This document shows positions 36,389-47,510 of a stretch of 64,000 bases of DNA, in pieces; position 1 is the stretch's first letter, and the number at the start of each line of letters is the position of its first letter. Origin of the DNA: Okamejei kenojei (Eukaryota); NCBI GenBank assembly GCA_035221665.1, contig CM069151.1:20708001-20772000 (forward strand), given 5' to 3'. A program made the position numbers and the translations under genes. The notes under the pieces are model-generated. The model saw nothing but the letters and a program-made list of their open reading frames with translations. It made no database searches and had not been told where the DNA came from.

Positions 36389-36444
36389 TTTGGTTTGAAT
36401 GCACCCAAAGGTTTTGGTTTGAATGCACCCAAAGGTTTGGTTTG
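36389..36444. repeat. Short tandem duplication, 24-bp unit, about 2.4 copies
   Basis: tttggtttgaatgcacccaaagg twice, then tttggtttga. Confidence 0.9.
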
Positions 36445-36659
36445 AGGTGGATTTCTATCCCATTTCACAACCTTGATAAGTCACCACTGTTAATCTACAA
36501 TCAAACCCCATGATTTTAATCCATAACCAAAATATTAGTATTGGCTAGCACTAAAATAAAATCAGCAAAATTTAAAAAATAGAAAATATGTGACGATGAG
36601 GATGGTTTGCTCCCTCCCAACCCAATGCTAACTTAGAATGGGCTGGATAAAGTGGTTAA

Positions 36660-36900
36660 AGAGTCATAGAGTTCTACAACATGGAAACGTGGCCCTTGTC
36701 AATGCCGGCCAAGTTTCATTTGTCTGCATTTGGCCCATATCCCCCTAAATCGTTCCAATCCATGTGTATATTGTGTCAGCCTCTGTAGCTTTCTCTGGCA
36801 GATCACTCCCAATACAGACTAACCTTTGAATTAAACATTTGCCTCCATGACCGCTCATAGATCTCTCCTCAATCACCTTCCCCTTTTGAGTTCTATTGTT
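36660..36900 (-). mobile_element. CR1/HER1 3' fragment
   Basis: agtcatagagttctacaacatggaaac...tgcatttggcccatatccccctaaa...cagcctctgtagctttctctggcagatcactcc. Confidence 0.7.
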
Positions 36901-37129
36901 TGAAGATTTGGAGAGTCTGGGAAACTTTTTCCTTTTACACCATGTCAAATGGCAGCATTCCACAATTGCCTACAATTAACTGAATGGCATTGCTGATCAA
37001 GTGAAACTGGGTCCTGGTATTGTAGTCAGCTGACAATTTTATTCTCAATTCCACTATCTATAATAATACATTTCTGTATATGCAAAACTTACCAATATCT
37101 AATAGCCTCGGAGGTGAAGAAGACCCCTG

Positions 37130-37228
37130 CTTCAGTCTGAAGAAGGGTCTCGACCCGAATCGTCACCTATTCCTTCGCTCCATAGATGCTGCCTCACCCG
37201 CTGAGTTTCTCCTGCATTTTTGTCCAAC
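37130..37228 (+). mobile_element. Penelope-derived repeat; hammerhead core with GAAAC changed to GAATC
   Basis: cagtctgaagaagggtctcgacccgaatcgtcacctattccttcgctccatagatgctgcctcacccgctgag. Confidence 0.8.
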
Positions 37229-37440
37229 TGCTTCAGACAATAACGCTGCACTCTACTGGACAAAGCTTAAGACTGATTCAAGTCAAAAGGCACAACAATT
37301 ATCATTCCCATAAGGTCCCAGAGTCAAAAACAAAAAAATATCATCTTATATCTGTCTAATAGCTACTTGATTTACTTTTCTGACATGTTAGATTTAATTT
37401 ATTATATTTGATCAGTGCCCCAAGGTGAATTACAAAAGGG

Positions 37441-37872
37441 TAAAGCCCGTCCCACTTGCGTGTCCTTGGCACGGTAAGTACTCGCCCTCGTGGTTGTGTA
37501 GCGGCACGACGGTCCCACGAAGGTCGCGTGCGATTTCATGCGCCCGCACAGCCGTCTGGAGCAAGTGACGTTTTTTGAAGATGGACACAAAATGCGGGAG
37601 TAACTCAGCGGGACCAGCAGCATCTCTGGAGAGAATGAATGGGTGATGTTTCGTGTCGAGACGCTTCTTCAGGCTGAAAGAAGGGTCTTGACCCGAAACG
37701 TCACTCATTGAAAAATTTCGGAGCCCCGTGCGATGTCACGCACAACTGCATACCCCTCCGCGCTTCTCAGTGGGACCGGCCTCGCGCAGCCATACGATGT
37801 CCGTGCACCTCAGTGCGACGGCGAGGTCGCGTAATTTGTATGCCAAGGACACGTAAGTGGGACCGGCCCTTA
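37441..37872. mobile_element. MITE of the GGGCC(T/G)GTCCCAC family with a nested Penelope-derived insert at about 37577-37710
   Basis: Left taaagcccgtcccacttgcgtgtccttggca versus right-end reverse complement taagggccggtcccacttacgtgtccttggca; internal tttcggagccccg.gcgatgtc and gtgggaccggcc shared with 18615-18690. Confidence 0.85.
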
Positions 37873-38419
37873 ACACTACACTGAAGACTTTCAATGGGCA
37901 TACACTAAAAAAAAAAAACATTCTAAAATCCCTTGCTCCTCTTGGATTTCAGCTATGAATAATTTTGCAAATAATCAGACATGGCAATTGTGCATAATTT
38001 TTAATAGCAACCAACTACTCCCAAAGGTAGTAAAACAAATTACTCAGAGAAAGAAGCTGCTGTGTATTCGGAATGCATATTGCCATAGGTGGTGAATACA
38101 GAAACCAATGATATTAATGAGGATTTGTACATCAATCAGTTGAAAAACTGTTTGATTCAATTTACATTTTATGAAAAGGACTGTGAAATTAATTTAAAAC
38201 ACTACAATATTCACCGTGCAGAGATGGTGATGGTGTGTGGAGAACATTGACGATTTAACTTTTGCATTTACTCTCAATGTCCAGATACCAACACCCAACC
38301 AAGATGTCCTGCTATATCCTAATATATTTGTTTGAGATTGAATTTAGCCTTATATTAATTCCATCTATTCTAATGATGGATGTATCCCAGATTAAATGAG
38401 TACAAATCAAGATACAGAT

Positions 38420-38580
38420 CCTTTTCCAATTTTCCCCCCCCTCCCCCCCCCCCACCCCGATTCTCAGTCTGAAGAATGGTCTCGACCCGAAACGTCACCT
38501 ATTCATTTTCTCCTGCTGTCTGACCCAGCTTTTTGTGACTACCTTCGGCTCAAACCAGCATCTGCAGTTCCTTCCTATAC
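38420..38580 (+). mobile_element. Penelope-derived repeat with near-intact hammerhead core at 38469-38496
   Basis: ctcagtctgaagaatggtctcgacccgaaacgtcacct...aaaccagcatctgcagttccttcctatac. Confidence 0.8.
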
Positions 38581-38795
38581 AAATCTTTTAATGCGATCAT
38601 GGCAATAAAATCCTTCTCCAGTAACATTTTGGTATTGTCAACCAGTCACTATAAAACTGCTGTGTTCCATTTCTATATAATGCATGATGCTAATCCACAT
38701 AAAGATTATTTCTCCTGCACAAAGGAGCTACTTGCTGTTGAATGCTATTCTATATTTGAGTGCTGTTTGAATGGAACAGAACAGATATCCTTACC

Positions 38796-38955
38796 TGTCT
38801 GAAGGGTCTTGACCCAAAAAGAGTCTGAAGAAGGGCCTCGACCCAAAACGTCACCCATTCCTTCTCTCCAGAGATGCTGCCTGTCCTGCTGAGTTACTCC
38901 AGCATTTTGTGTCTACCATTCGATTTAAACTAGCATCTGAAGTTCTTTCCTACAG
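38796..38955 (+). mobile_element. Penelope-derived repeat with a partial tandem copy of the hammerhead segment
   Basis: gtctgaagggtcttgacccaaaaagagtctgaagaagggcctcgacccaaaacgtcaccc; flanks cagatatccttacc / cagatacccttacc. Confidence 0.8.
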
Positions 38956-39440
38956 ATACCCTTACCATGTTTTGTCTTTGATGTAAAAACATTGATTTTA
39001 CAGTTCTTATATGTGGTATACTATTCTAGTCTGATTTACCATCACCATTTTCCAATTTGTCATCAAACTTTTATCCTGGACAGTAATACTGTATGATGTG
39101 CAAAGTTTATAAACTATTGCTATGAGATACTTTGATCCTGAGGCCTCCATTTGCCACTTCTTTCCATTCAGTTCTGCTCATTTCTAATTTGACTAATTCT
39201 GACATTTACTTACCCCATTCATATCTTCATGTCGGGTGTGGCAGTGTTTTAAGCCTAAATAAAGAATGTCAAGTTAGATTCACTACCTCCAACTGGTTTG
39301 TTATTCATCCCATAGGTCAAAAAATATCTCCCTCCAGAATATCATGCTTAAGTTGAATTTCTAGGGCAATTGAACATATGTTCAATGTCTGAATCATCTT
39401 TCAATTACATCTGCAGAGACCGACAGCAACGTTGTTTTAG

Positions 39441-39767
39441 TAGGGTGGCACAGTGGCGCAGCTGGTAGACCTGCTGCCTCTTGTGCTAGAGACCTGGGTT
39501 TGATCCTGACCTCGAATGCTGTCTGGGGGAAGTTTGCATATTCTCCCTCTGAGCATGTGGGTTTCTTTCGGGTGCTCCGGTTTCCTCCCACATCCCAAAG
39601 ACATGAGGGTTTGAAATTTAATTGGCCTCTATAAAATTGTCCCTAATGCATAGGTAGTGAATGAGAACGCAAGTCATAGTAGAACTAGTGTGAACAGGTG
39701 ATCGATGGTCAGCATGGGCTCGGTGGGCCAAAGGGCCTGCTTTCATACTTTGTATCTGTAAACTAAA
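39441..39767 (+). mobile_element. HE1-type V-SINE, full length
   Basis: gggtggcacagtggcgcagctggtag head, gggtttgatcc B-box, V-domain cgggtgctccggtttcctcccacatcccaaagac, tail ggtgggccaaagggcctgctttc...taaactaaac. Confidence 0.9.
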
Positions 39768-41683
39768 CAGATCAAGCAGTATCTCGTGGGAAATACTATT
39801 TCTCATCACGGATGTTGCCTGATCTACCAAGTTTCTCTAGAAGCTTGTCTTTTTGCCTAAGATTCCAGCATCTGCAGTCTCTTGTTCACCATTGTTTTTG
39901 AGCTTTAATGAATCAATTTCACAATATTTGTTATTGCTTTCATAACTCTCCAAACCACCTTCCTCACCTTTTTAATCTCCTTCAGACACAAGGCCTTTCT
40001 TGGATTATTAATTCTTTGAAAACATCCCTGCTGACTGCCCCAAGAAATCAGTTCACTATTGGCAAACATTTATTCAATTGCTAGGCTTATGTTTTCTTAA
40101 AATTAATTCTATCGAGAGATCCTTAATGATATTTTGATGAGGAATGTGGGTAGTCCGTCTAGCACAGCAGCAATAGCGCTGAAAGTTCATTTGCTCATTG
40201 CCCCATTACTAATACCATCTACCATTGTGGCAGCCATTTTTCCTAAATTACCACAGCAAGGGCTTTTAGTTCATCTTGAGGAATATGCCCGACTAGCAAG
40301 TCCAGCATTTATTGCCATCTCAATTGTCCTCAAGGTGGCGGCTCAACTAAACTTATTGAAAGGATTGCAGTAATCTTTCAAAAGTGTTTATACAGTCAGT
40401 GTTTTGACATCCTGAAATTCTGAGACTTGCTATATAAATGTAAATCTTTCTGTGAGTAATTTTGAATCACATGGTACTCTTTCTGAAGGGGGAACAAAAG
40501 GTAAGGAAATATTGGCCACGTTAATTTCTATACCGATTCAAATACAATAATCGTATATATTTGTCAGATTACACTTTTTTTGATTACACACACACACAGG
40601 TTTTGCAAACATACACAACCATGGTGACACTATTTCTTGCTCTCTGCACTATTAATCAAAAACATTTTTAAATGCAGGACCCAGCAAGTCTAAAAGATGC
40701 AACATTTACAAGATTATAAACCATCTCAAATTCGTACTAAATCCATATTTGTGTATATTAATTATTTGCAAAACTTGCACAGAGTTCCTCTTTATATTGG
40801 TACCAGCGTACAATTTTTCACATTATTCTTTGCATATCCATTCAGAACATTGATATCACTAAAATCAGGTCAACTGCATTATATTAATTGCATAGCTCTG
40901 CACAGTAATGGGGAAAATGTAGCCTGAAAAAGATTGACACCATAATGGCCATTTTCCAAATTATTAATTAGCTCTTAGCAATAGCAGAGACACACATTTT
41001 TAGTAAAACTCCTGAATTCACAAGAACCCTGGAATTTATTTATTTACAAGCAGCACTTCCTTTATTTTATTTTCTAAAGCCCACAACTAAAATAATTCAC
41101 AATTCTATGTTTACCAGCAATCCAGTCCATTGTTGAATAACTATTTTTAATATCTGTGCCAAGGCATTTGTTCAAGCATTGATACTACACTGGAACCGAT
41201 CAAGTTTCATCTCATATTTTCTACAGCCAATAGGAGAACTCTCCTTTATTTATCCCTCTGTTGGCCTCAAGCCAAGCACAAAGGCCAAGAGTGTTGTTTA
41301 TTTGGGTTCTGCAATTAGAATCACCTAATTCACTGCTGATTGGGAATTGAAAATAAACTAAAAGTTCAGATCCGGGTGGAATGGTGTTCAGAATTAAGCG
41401 AAAAAATAATAATTATTTCTCATTCTTGCCATTTTTGCATAAACTATTACCCAATTCCTTGGCAAATTCCTCCATTATTGACCCTATTACCAATCCTTGA
41501 TCATCCCCACTTGCAGTAAATAGACTTGCACCAAAACTCAGCATTGCGATTGTCCTCAAAAACTGACACAGAAACATTTTGCCTAAGCCTAAATAATGCA
41601 AGTTATGTATATAATAACATTAGTGCACACAAATTTGTACTAAACATGGTTTTCTGTTTCCAATGCATATGCAGATCTACTTG

Positions 41684-43325
41684 CAGTGCCCTCCATAATG
41701 TTTGGGACAAGGACACATCATTTATTTATTTGCCTCTGTTTGCCACAATTTGAGATTTGTAATAGAAAAAAAAAATCACATGTGGTTCAAGTGCACAGTT
41801 TTATTTTATTAAAGGCCATTTTTATACATTTTTGTTTCATCATGTACAATTTACAGCAGTGTTTATTGTAACCCCATTTCAGGGCACCATAATGTTTGGG
41901 ACACATGGCTTCACAGGTGTTTTGGAATTGCTCTGGTGTGTTTAATTGCCTCCAAAACGCAGGTATAAGAGAGCTCTCAGCACTTAGTCTTTCCTCCAGT
42001 TTTCCTATCACCTTTGGAAACTTTTATTGCTGTTTATCAACATGAGGACCAAAGTTGTGCCAATTAAAGTCAAAGAAGCCATGATGAGTGAGAAATAAGA
42101 ATAAAACTGCTTAGAGACATCAGCCAAACCTGAGGCTTAAAGTCAACTGATTGGAACAGCATTAAGAAGAAAGAGCACTGGTGAGCTTACTAATCGTAAT
42201 GTGGCTGGCAGGCCAAGGAAGACCTCCTCAGCTCATGACAGAAGAATTATGTCTATAATAAAGAAAAATCCCCAAACGCCTGTTTGACAGATCCGAAACA
42301 CTCTTCAGGAGTCAGGTGTGGATTTGTCAATGACTGCTGTCCGCAGAAGACTTCATGAACAGAAATACAGACGCTACGCTGCAAGATGCAAACCACTGGT
42401 TAGCCGCAAAAATAGGATGGCCAGGTTACAGTTTGCCAAGAAGTACTTAAAAGAGCAACCACAGTTCTAGAAAATGGACTTGTGGACAGATGAGACTAAG
42501 ATTAACTTGTATCAGAGTGATGAAAAGAGCAAAGTATGGAGGAGAGTAGGAACTGCCCAAGATCCAAAGCATACCATCTCATCTGTGAAACACGGTGGTG
42601 GGAGTGTTATGGCCTGGGCATGTATGGCTGCTGAAGGTACTGCTCACTTATCTTCATTGATGATACAACTGCTAATGGTAGTAGCATAATGAATTCTGAA
42701 GTGTATAGACACATCCTATCTGCTCACGTTCAAGCAAATGCCTCAAAATTAATTGGCTGACGGTTCATTCTACAGCAAGACAATGATCCCAAACATAATG
42801 CTAAAGCAACAAAGGAGTTTTTCAAAGCTAAATAATGGTCAATTCTTGAGTGGCCAAGTCAGTCACCCGATCTGAACCCAATTAAGCATGCCTTTTATAT
42901 GCTGAAGAGAAAACTGAAGGGGACTAGCCCCCAAAACAACCATAAGCTAAAGATGGCTGCAATACAGGGCTCGCAGAGCATCACCAGTGAAGACACCCAG
43001 CAACTGGTGATGTCCATGAATCGCAGACTTCAAGCATTCATTGCATCCAAAGGATATGCAACAAAATATTAAACATGACTACTTTAATTTACATGTCAAC
43101 GCTGTGTCCCAAACATTATGGTGCCCTGAAATGGGGGACAATGTATAAACACTACTGTAATTTCTACATGGTGAAACCAAAATGTATTAAAATGGCCTTT
43201 ATTAAAATCTGACAATATGCACTTTAACCACAAATGATTTTTTCTATTACAAATCTCAAATTGTGGAGTCCAGAGGCAAATAAATAACTGATGGGTCTTT
43301 GTTCCAAACATTATGGAAGGCACTG
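41684..43325 (+). mobile_element. Full-length, inactivated Tc1-family DNA transposon with IR/DR-type TIRs
   Basis: TIRs of about 220 bp (cagtgccctccataatgtttgggacaa at 41684; ttccaaacattatggaaggcactg ending 43325), each with an inner direct repeat ccataatgtttgggaca; 1642 bp long. The expected TA target sites are mutated. Confidence 0.95.
42042..43072 (+). pseudogene. Tc1 DD34E transposase pseudogene
   Basis: ATG at 42042; motifs GRPRKTS, ARCKPLVSRKNRMARLQFAKKYL, WTDETKINL, VKHGGGSVMAWACM, QQDNDPKH and WPSQSPDLNPIKH (catalytic E changed to K), ending GYATKY*; several frameshifts and stops. Confidence 0.93.
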
Positions 43326-44509
43326 AATCTATGTATATTTATTTTTCTTATCCAAGCCCTACATTTCTGGCTTATTAGAAAAGTATTTAATAATAATTAT
43401 TGAAAAATCTTTCAATAATTCCGATTAATGTTATATCCTTTGAGTACAAAGTTTCATTTCTGCTTTGCATTGCAATCATGAAACAGGATCTGTATTAGGT
43501 GCGTGAGATTCAAAAGCAAAACCTTTCAGTATAGTTATCATTGCACCAAGTAAAGTACAGTACATGAAAACAGCAAATATCAAATCAATTATTAATCAAA
43601 CTATAAAATCAGCAGCAAAGAAATGAAAGAGCTATTTCTGTCGATTAACACATCATCTGAAGCGAGATTTTAAATTCCATTTACACTTGTAATCATACTC
43701 ACTGCAGTACTTTGGATTCAAATTACAGTACACTATTTATATCCCTTCTACCTAGGTTAAAATACTTTTGCTCCACATGCATGCATGTCAGCTCACACCA
43801 TGGACTGATGGTTATGTTTCCAAAGTTTTGTAGCTACTGGTAATGATATAAAATGTCATCCCAGTCTATCATTTCAGCAAAATTAATCAATTCGAGATAA
43901 AAGATTTTCAAACATTATACTGAACGCCCATAAATCAAAAATAAAGAAATAACTTCTATCAACTGTCATGTATAACAATAACTTAAATTGTATATTACTT
44001 TTGGTAATTTCACCTCGAGACATTATTCCTTCACATTACAACAGACAAATTAGATGTTTTCAGGTCCCTTCTACTATTCAACTGGCTCGACACACAAGGA
44101 CCATAAAGTGTACTTGCAGCTTCCCAAGAAGCACTTGGCTCCAGATCTAAATGCATCCATAAGTCAAGATTCAGTCTGACCAAGTCTGAGATCGAGGGGC
44201 CTCTGCAACATGGGATTAAGGCAGAAAACTGCCATACCCACAGCCATATCTAGCACAGAGATGGTTACGATTTTATTCTTGATATTTTGATTTGAGGGCA
44301 TTATGACTAGACCAGCTTTATGTGCATTAGGGTTGCTGTTGAACTGATGGTGGTAAGCCCCTTCTTGAACCACCAATCTTTTGGGTGAAGATAATCCCAG
44401 GGATCTGGTGCATAGGTTATTCCAGGAAAAAAAAAAAAACACTGGCCATAATGGACACTTGACATACTCTGAAGTCAGAATGGTACATAATCTGGCAAAT
44501 CTGGCATAA

Positions 44510-44702
44510 TCTGCCACAGAGGGTAGTTGAGGCCAGTTCATTGGCTATACTTAAGAGTGAGTTGGATGTGGCCCTTGTGGCTAAGGGGATCAGAGGGTAT
44601 GGAGAGAAGGCAGGTACGGGATACTGAGTTGGATGATCAGCCATGATCATATTGAATGGCGGTGCAGGCTCGAAGGGCTGAATGGCCTACTCCTGCACCT
44701 AG
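44510..44702 (+). mobile_element. Young HER1/CR1 3' end
   Basis: ctgccacagagggtagttgaggccagttcattggctatac...gatcagccatgatcatattgaatggcggtgcaggctcgaagggctgaatggcctactcctgcacct. Confidence 0.9.
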
Positions 44703-44844
44703 TCCCAAGTGTCTGTTGCCTATGTACTTTGAGATCGTAATGGTCCTGATATTAGGAGGTGCTATTCATGTAAACGCCATGGACTTGGGGTGTAAAGTGG
44801 TTAGAACTAGAATTCTATTAACCTGTTGTAATGTTTTAGAACCA

Positions 44845-45105
44845 AATGGCTTGCTGGGCTAATCCCATTTGCCAGTATTTGGCTCATAACCATCAAAACC
44901 TTTCCCATACACATTTGTCCAAATGTCTTTTAATAGTCCTAATTGTATTCACTTCCATAAGCTTTCTCTGGCAGCTCAATCCAGGTACAGATTACACTCT
45001 GAGTTCTCCTCTGGTCCCTCCCAAATTTCTCCCCTCTCACCTTAAGCCTATGGTCTCTAGCGTTAGAATCTTCTACCCTGGGAAAAAGACAGCTAGTGTT
45101 CACAA
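44845..45105 (-). mobile_element. CR1/HER1 3' fragment
   Basis: aatcccatttgccagtatttggctcataacc...tccaaatgtctttt...ctctcaccttaagcctatggtctctag...ctaccctgggaaaaagac. Confidence 0.75.
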
Positions 45106-45289
45106 TCTGTGTTTTGCAGTGAATACATTTTTACATGATTGTTTACACTTTTAGAAATGTTTCTCCTCCAAATAAGGCCAAATTATAAAAATATTTTTCA
45201 TATTTCTCTTATTTTCTTACACGATTTGGCTCATCAGCACTTTTCCTTCCCCCATTTGTTTCACGATTCACACTCATATGCCTGTTTGC

Positions 45290-45500
45290 TCCCCCACTAC
45301 TTGCTTGCACTAGGGGGTAATGTACAGTAGCCAAGTAATCTACCAACCAGAATGTCTTTGGTATGTGGGAGGATTGAAGAGAGTCTGTGGGAAACACCTT
45401 TTGATCACAGGGAGAACATCCAAACTCCACACAGAGGATTGGAGAAACCTGGATTGTTGGAGCTGTGAGATAGCAGCACTCTCTGCTCTGCTATAGTGCA
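45290..45500 (-). mobile_element. HE1-type V-SINE, diverged
   Basis: cactagggggtaatgtacagtagcc...atgtctttggtatgtgggagg...cacagggagaacatccaaactccacacaga...ggagctgtgagatagcagcact. Confidence 0.75.
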
Positions 45501-45977
45501 AATCATAAATAATATCTCAATCCTAATTAGCTCCCATTGCATTGTTGCCATCATTATGATCTTTCAACCTTAGCTTGTTGCAGCTGATGATTTACAGTTC
45601 AAATCTCAGTGTGGATTAGAGACATAGCTGCAATACCAAGCAAGCTCTCCGAGGAGATGCGTTTCTGGGGAATTGGGCAGAGCAGAGCCTCTGATGCTGC
45701 ATAAAGACGACTTTTGGTGCTCCAACCAAACATTAACAGGTTGCCTATCTCATGTGCTCTTTCATTGCACCATTTCTTTGCACAAACCAGTGCAACACTG
45801 ATATATTATCTGGTACTGTATGTCAGAGGATGCTCCCATCTCCTTCTGCATTCTGAGAAGCACCAGGAGATGCCCTCAGAACATGACCAGTTGTCATTAA
45901 ATGCACTTTTAAACATTAAACATTTTATTCATTTTTGGATTGTAACTTAGACATTAGAGTATTGTCTATGGTGCCAG

Positions 45978-46120
45978 GGTAGGCCATTCAGCCCTTCGAC
46001 CCAGCACTGCCATTCACCATTATCATGGCTGATCATCCACGCTAAGTACCCCGTTCCTACCCTTTCACCATATTCCCTGACATCGCTATCTTTAAGAGCA
46101 GTATCCAACTCTCTCTTTAA
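45978..46120 (-). mobile_element. HER1/CR1 3' tail
   Basis: gtaggccattcagcccttcgacccagcactgccattcaccattatcatggctgatcatcc...ccaactctctcttt. Confidence 0.8.
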
Positions 46121-47094
46121 CAATCATTAATAGGACTTGTTAAAAGGTTTTGCAAAATGATAGGTTATGATAAAATGGGAAAATAGCAAACAAATGAGAA
46201 AATGGCACAATAGATTGTTTCATGTGTAACAAAAGTACTTATTGAAACACTAAATGTATTGCTGTGAAAATAAATAGATTAACAAATATTTGATAACCAA
46301 GTGCATGTCAGATAAATATGAGAATATAATCTTAACCTACCTCTATTATAAAATCATTGTGAAGCAAAATAGGCCCGAGCAGCCCTCTGCATTTCTACCA
46401 GAGGTTTCAAAAGCAGCCTGCTGCATTACACAAAATTGATTTCCCCATAATTTAATGTCCATTAAAAAAAGATCTTCAATATCACTTGCATCAATATCAC
46501 TTGAATTAATGCAAATTAATCAGTGGCACACCTCAAGCATCAGTCAGGCAAAGAAAAACACCTTTCTTACTTGTGAATGTACTAATCAGCAGAAAGAAAA
46601 CCCCTTGTGAAGTTCAAATAAATGAGATTCAATCAATGCAGGTTGACAATAAAAATGAAAAAAAATGTTTAATTTTTTTTGTGCAAAATCCTTTATGTGC
46701 CATTCTAAACTTCCAATCTCCAAGGAAACTTAGTATCAAAAATAGGTTATGCACAGTAATCCTAAAAGTTCCAATGCAGACAGAGATAGGCCAGTCTGCT
46801 CAATTATTTATTGATTTATCCTAAAAACAAATAAGTGGTCCTAATTTATACAATATAATAGATCCATAAAGGAACAACATTTGTAAAGTAATCATAAAAC
46901 TTACTTACAAAGCAGTATTTCTTGGTTTAAAATGTAAAAATGTCTTCCACTGCAGATTGCTGAATGCTTGAGAAGCTTACGATCCTTCTACACCTTTCAC
47001 ATAACCTGGAACTACAACCCTCAACAAACAATGGTGCCCACATTTCCCAATGCTTTCCCCCCCCCCCCTTTTGAGCTCAAGGTACAGCGTAAAC

Positions 47095-47253
47095 AAGACA
47101 GAGAGAGACAGAGAGAGAGAGAGAAAGAGACAGACAGACAGACAGAGAGCGCGAGACAGAGAGAGAAAGAGGCAGACAGGCAGACAGGCAGACAGGCAGA
47201 GAGACACACAGAGACAGAGACACACAGAGACAGAGACACAGACAGAGACGCAG
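47095..47253. repeat. Compound GA/GACA/GGCA microsatellite
   Basis: (ga)n, (gaca)n, (ggcagaca)n and (gagacaca)n blocks; source of several spurious overlapping ORFs. Confidence 0.95.
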
Positions 47254-47411
47254 ACCATCAACTTTCCTTGTGGAGTCATGAAAGAACACTCCTGATCAAT
47301 TTAGCTGTGCAAGAAATGGGAGGTTCAGAACAAAGAAGCTTTCTTCATCCTTTCAGGTTCCTATTACCTACAGCCAATGATTAGTGAAGTATCTGCAATA
47401 TTCAGTATTTA

Positions 47412-47510
47412 GCAGTCTGAAGAAGGGTCTCGACCCGAAACGTCGCCTATCTCCTTCGCTCCTTAGATGCTGCTGCACCCGCTGAGTTTCTCCAGCTTTT
47501 TGTGTACCTT
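47412..47510 (+). mobile_element. Penelope-derived repeat carrying an intact hammerhead core
   Basis: gcagtctgaagaagggtctcgacccgaaacgtcgcctatctccttcgctccttagatgctgctgcacccgctgagtttctccagc; flanked by ttcagtatt on both sides. Confidence 0.85.
47417..47444 (+). ncRNA. Minimal type-I hammerhead ribozyme motif, Penelope-associated
   Basis: CUGAAGA, an extra A, stem II GGGU-CUCG-ACCC, GAAA, palindromic ACGU in place of stem III, and a GUC cleavage triplet. Stem I is only about 2 bp by eye and activity is unproven. Confidence 0.65.

Noticed and set aside
46981-47005. Possible 25-nt minus-strand exon reading GYVKGVEGS
   Set aside because: Poor pyrimidine tract with competing AGs and no other support.
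46968-47384. Overlapping ORFs with RE/RQ/SLSV low-complexity peptides
   Set aside because: Produced by the GA/GACA microsatellite.
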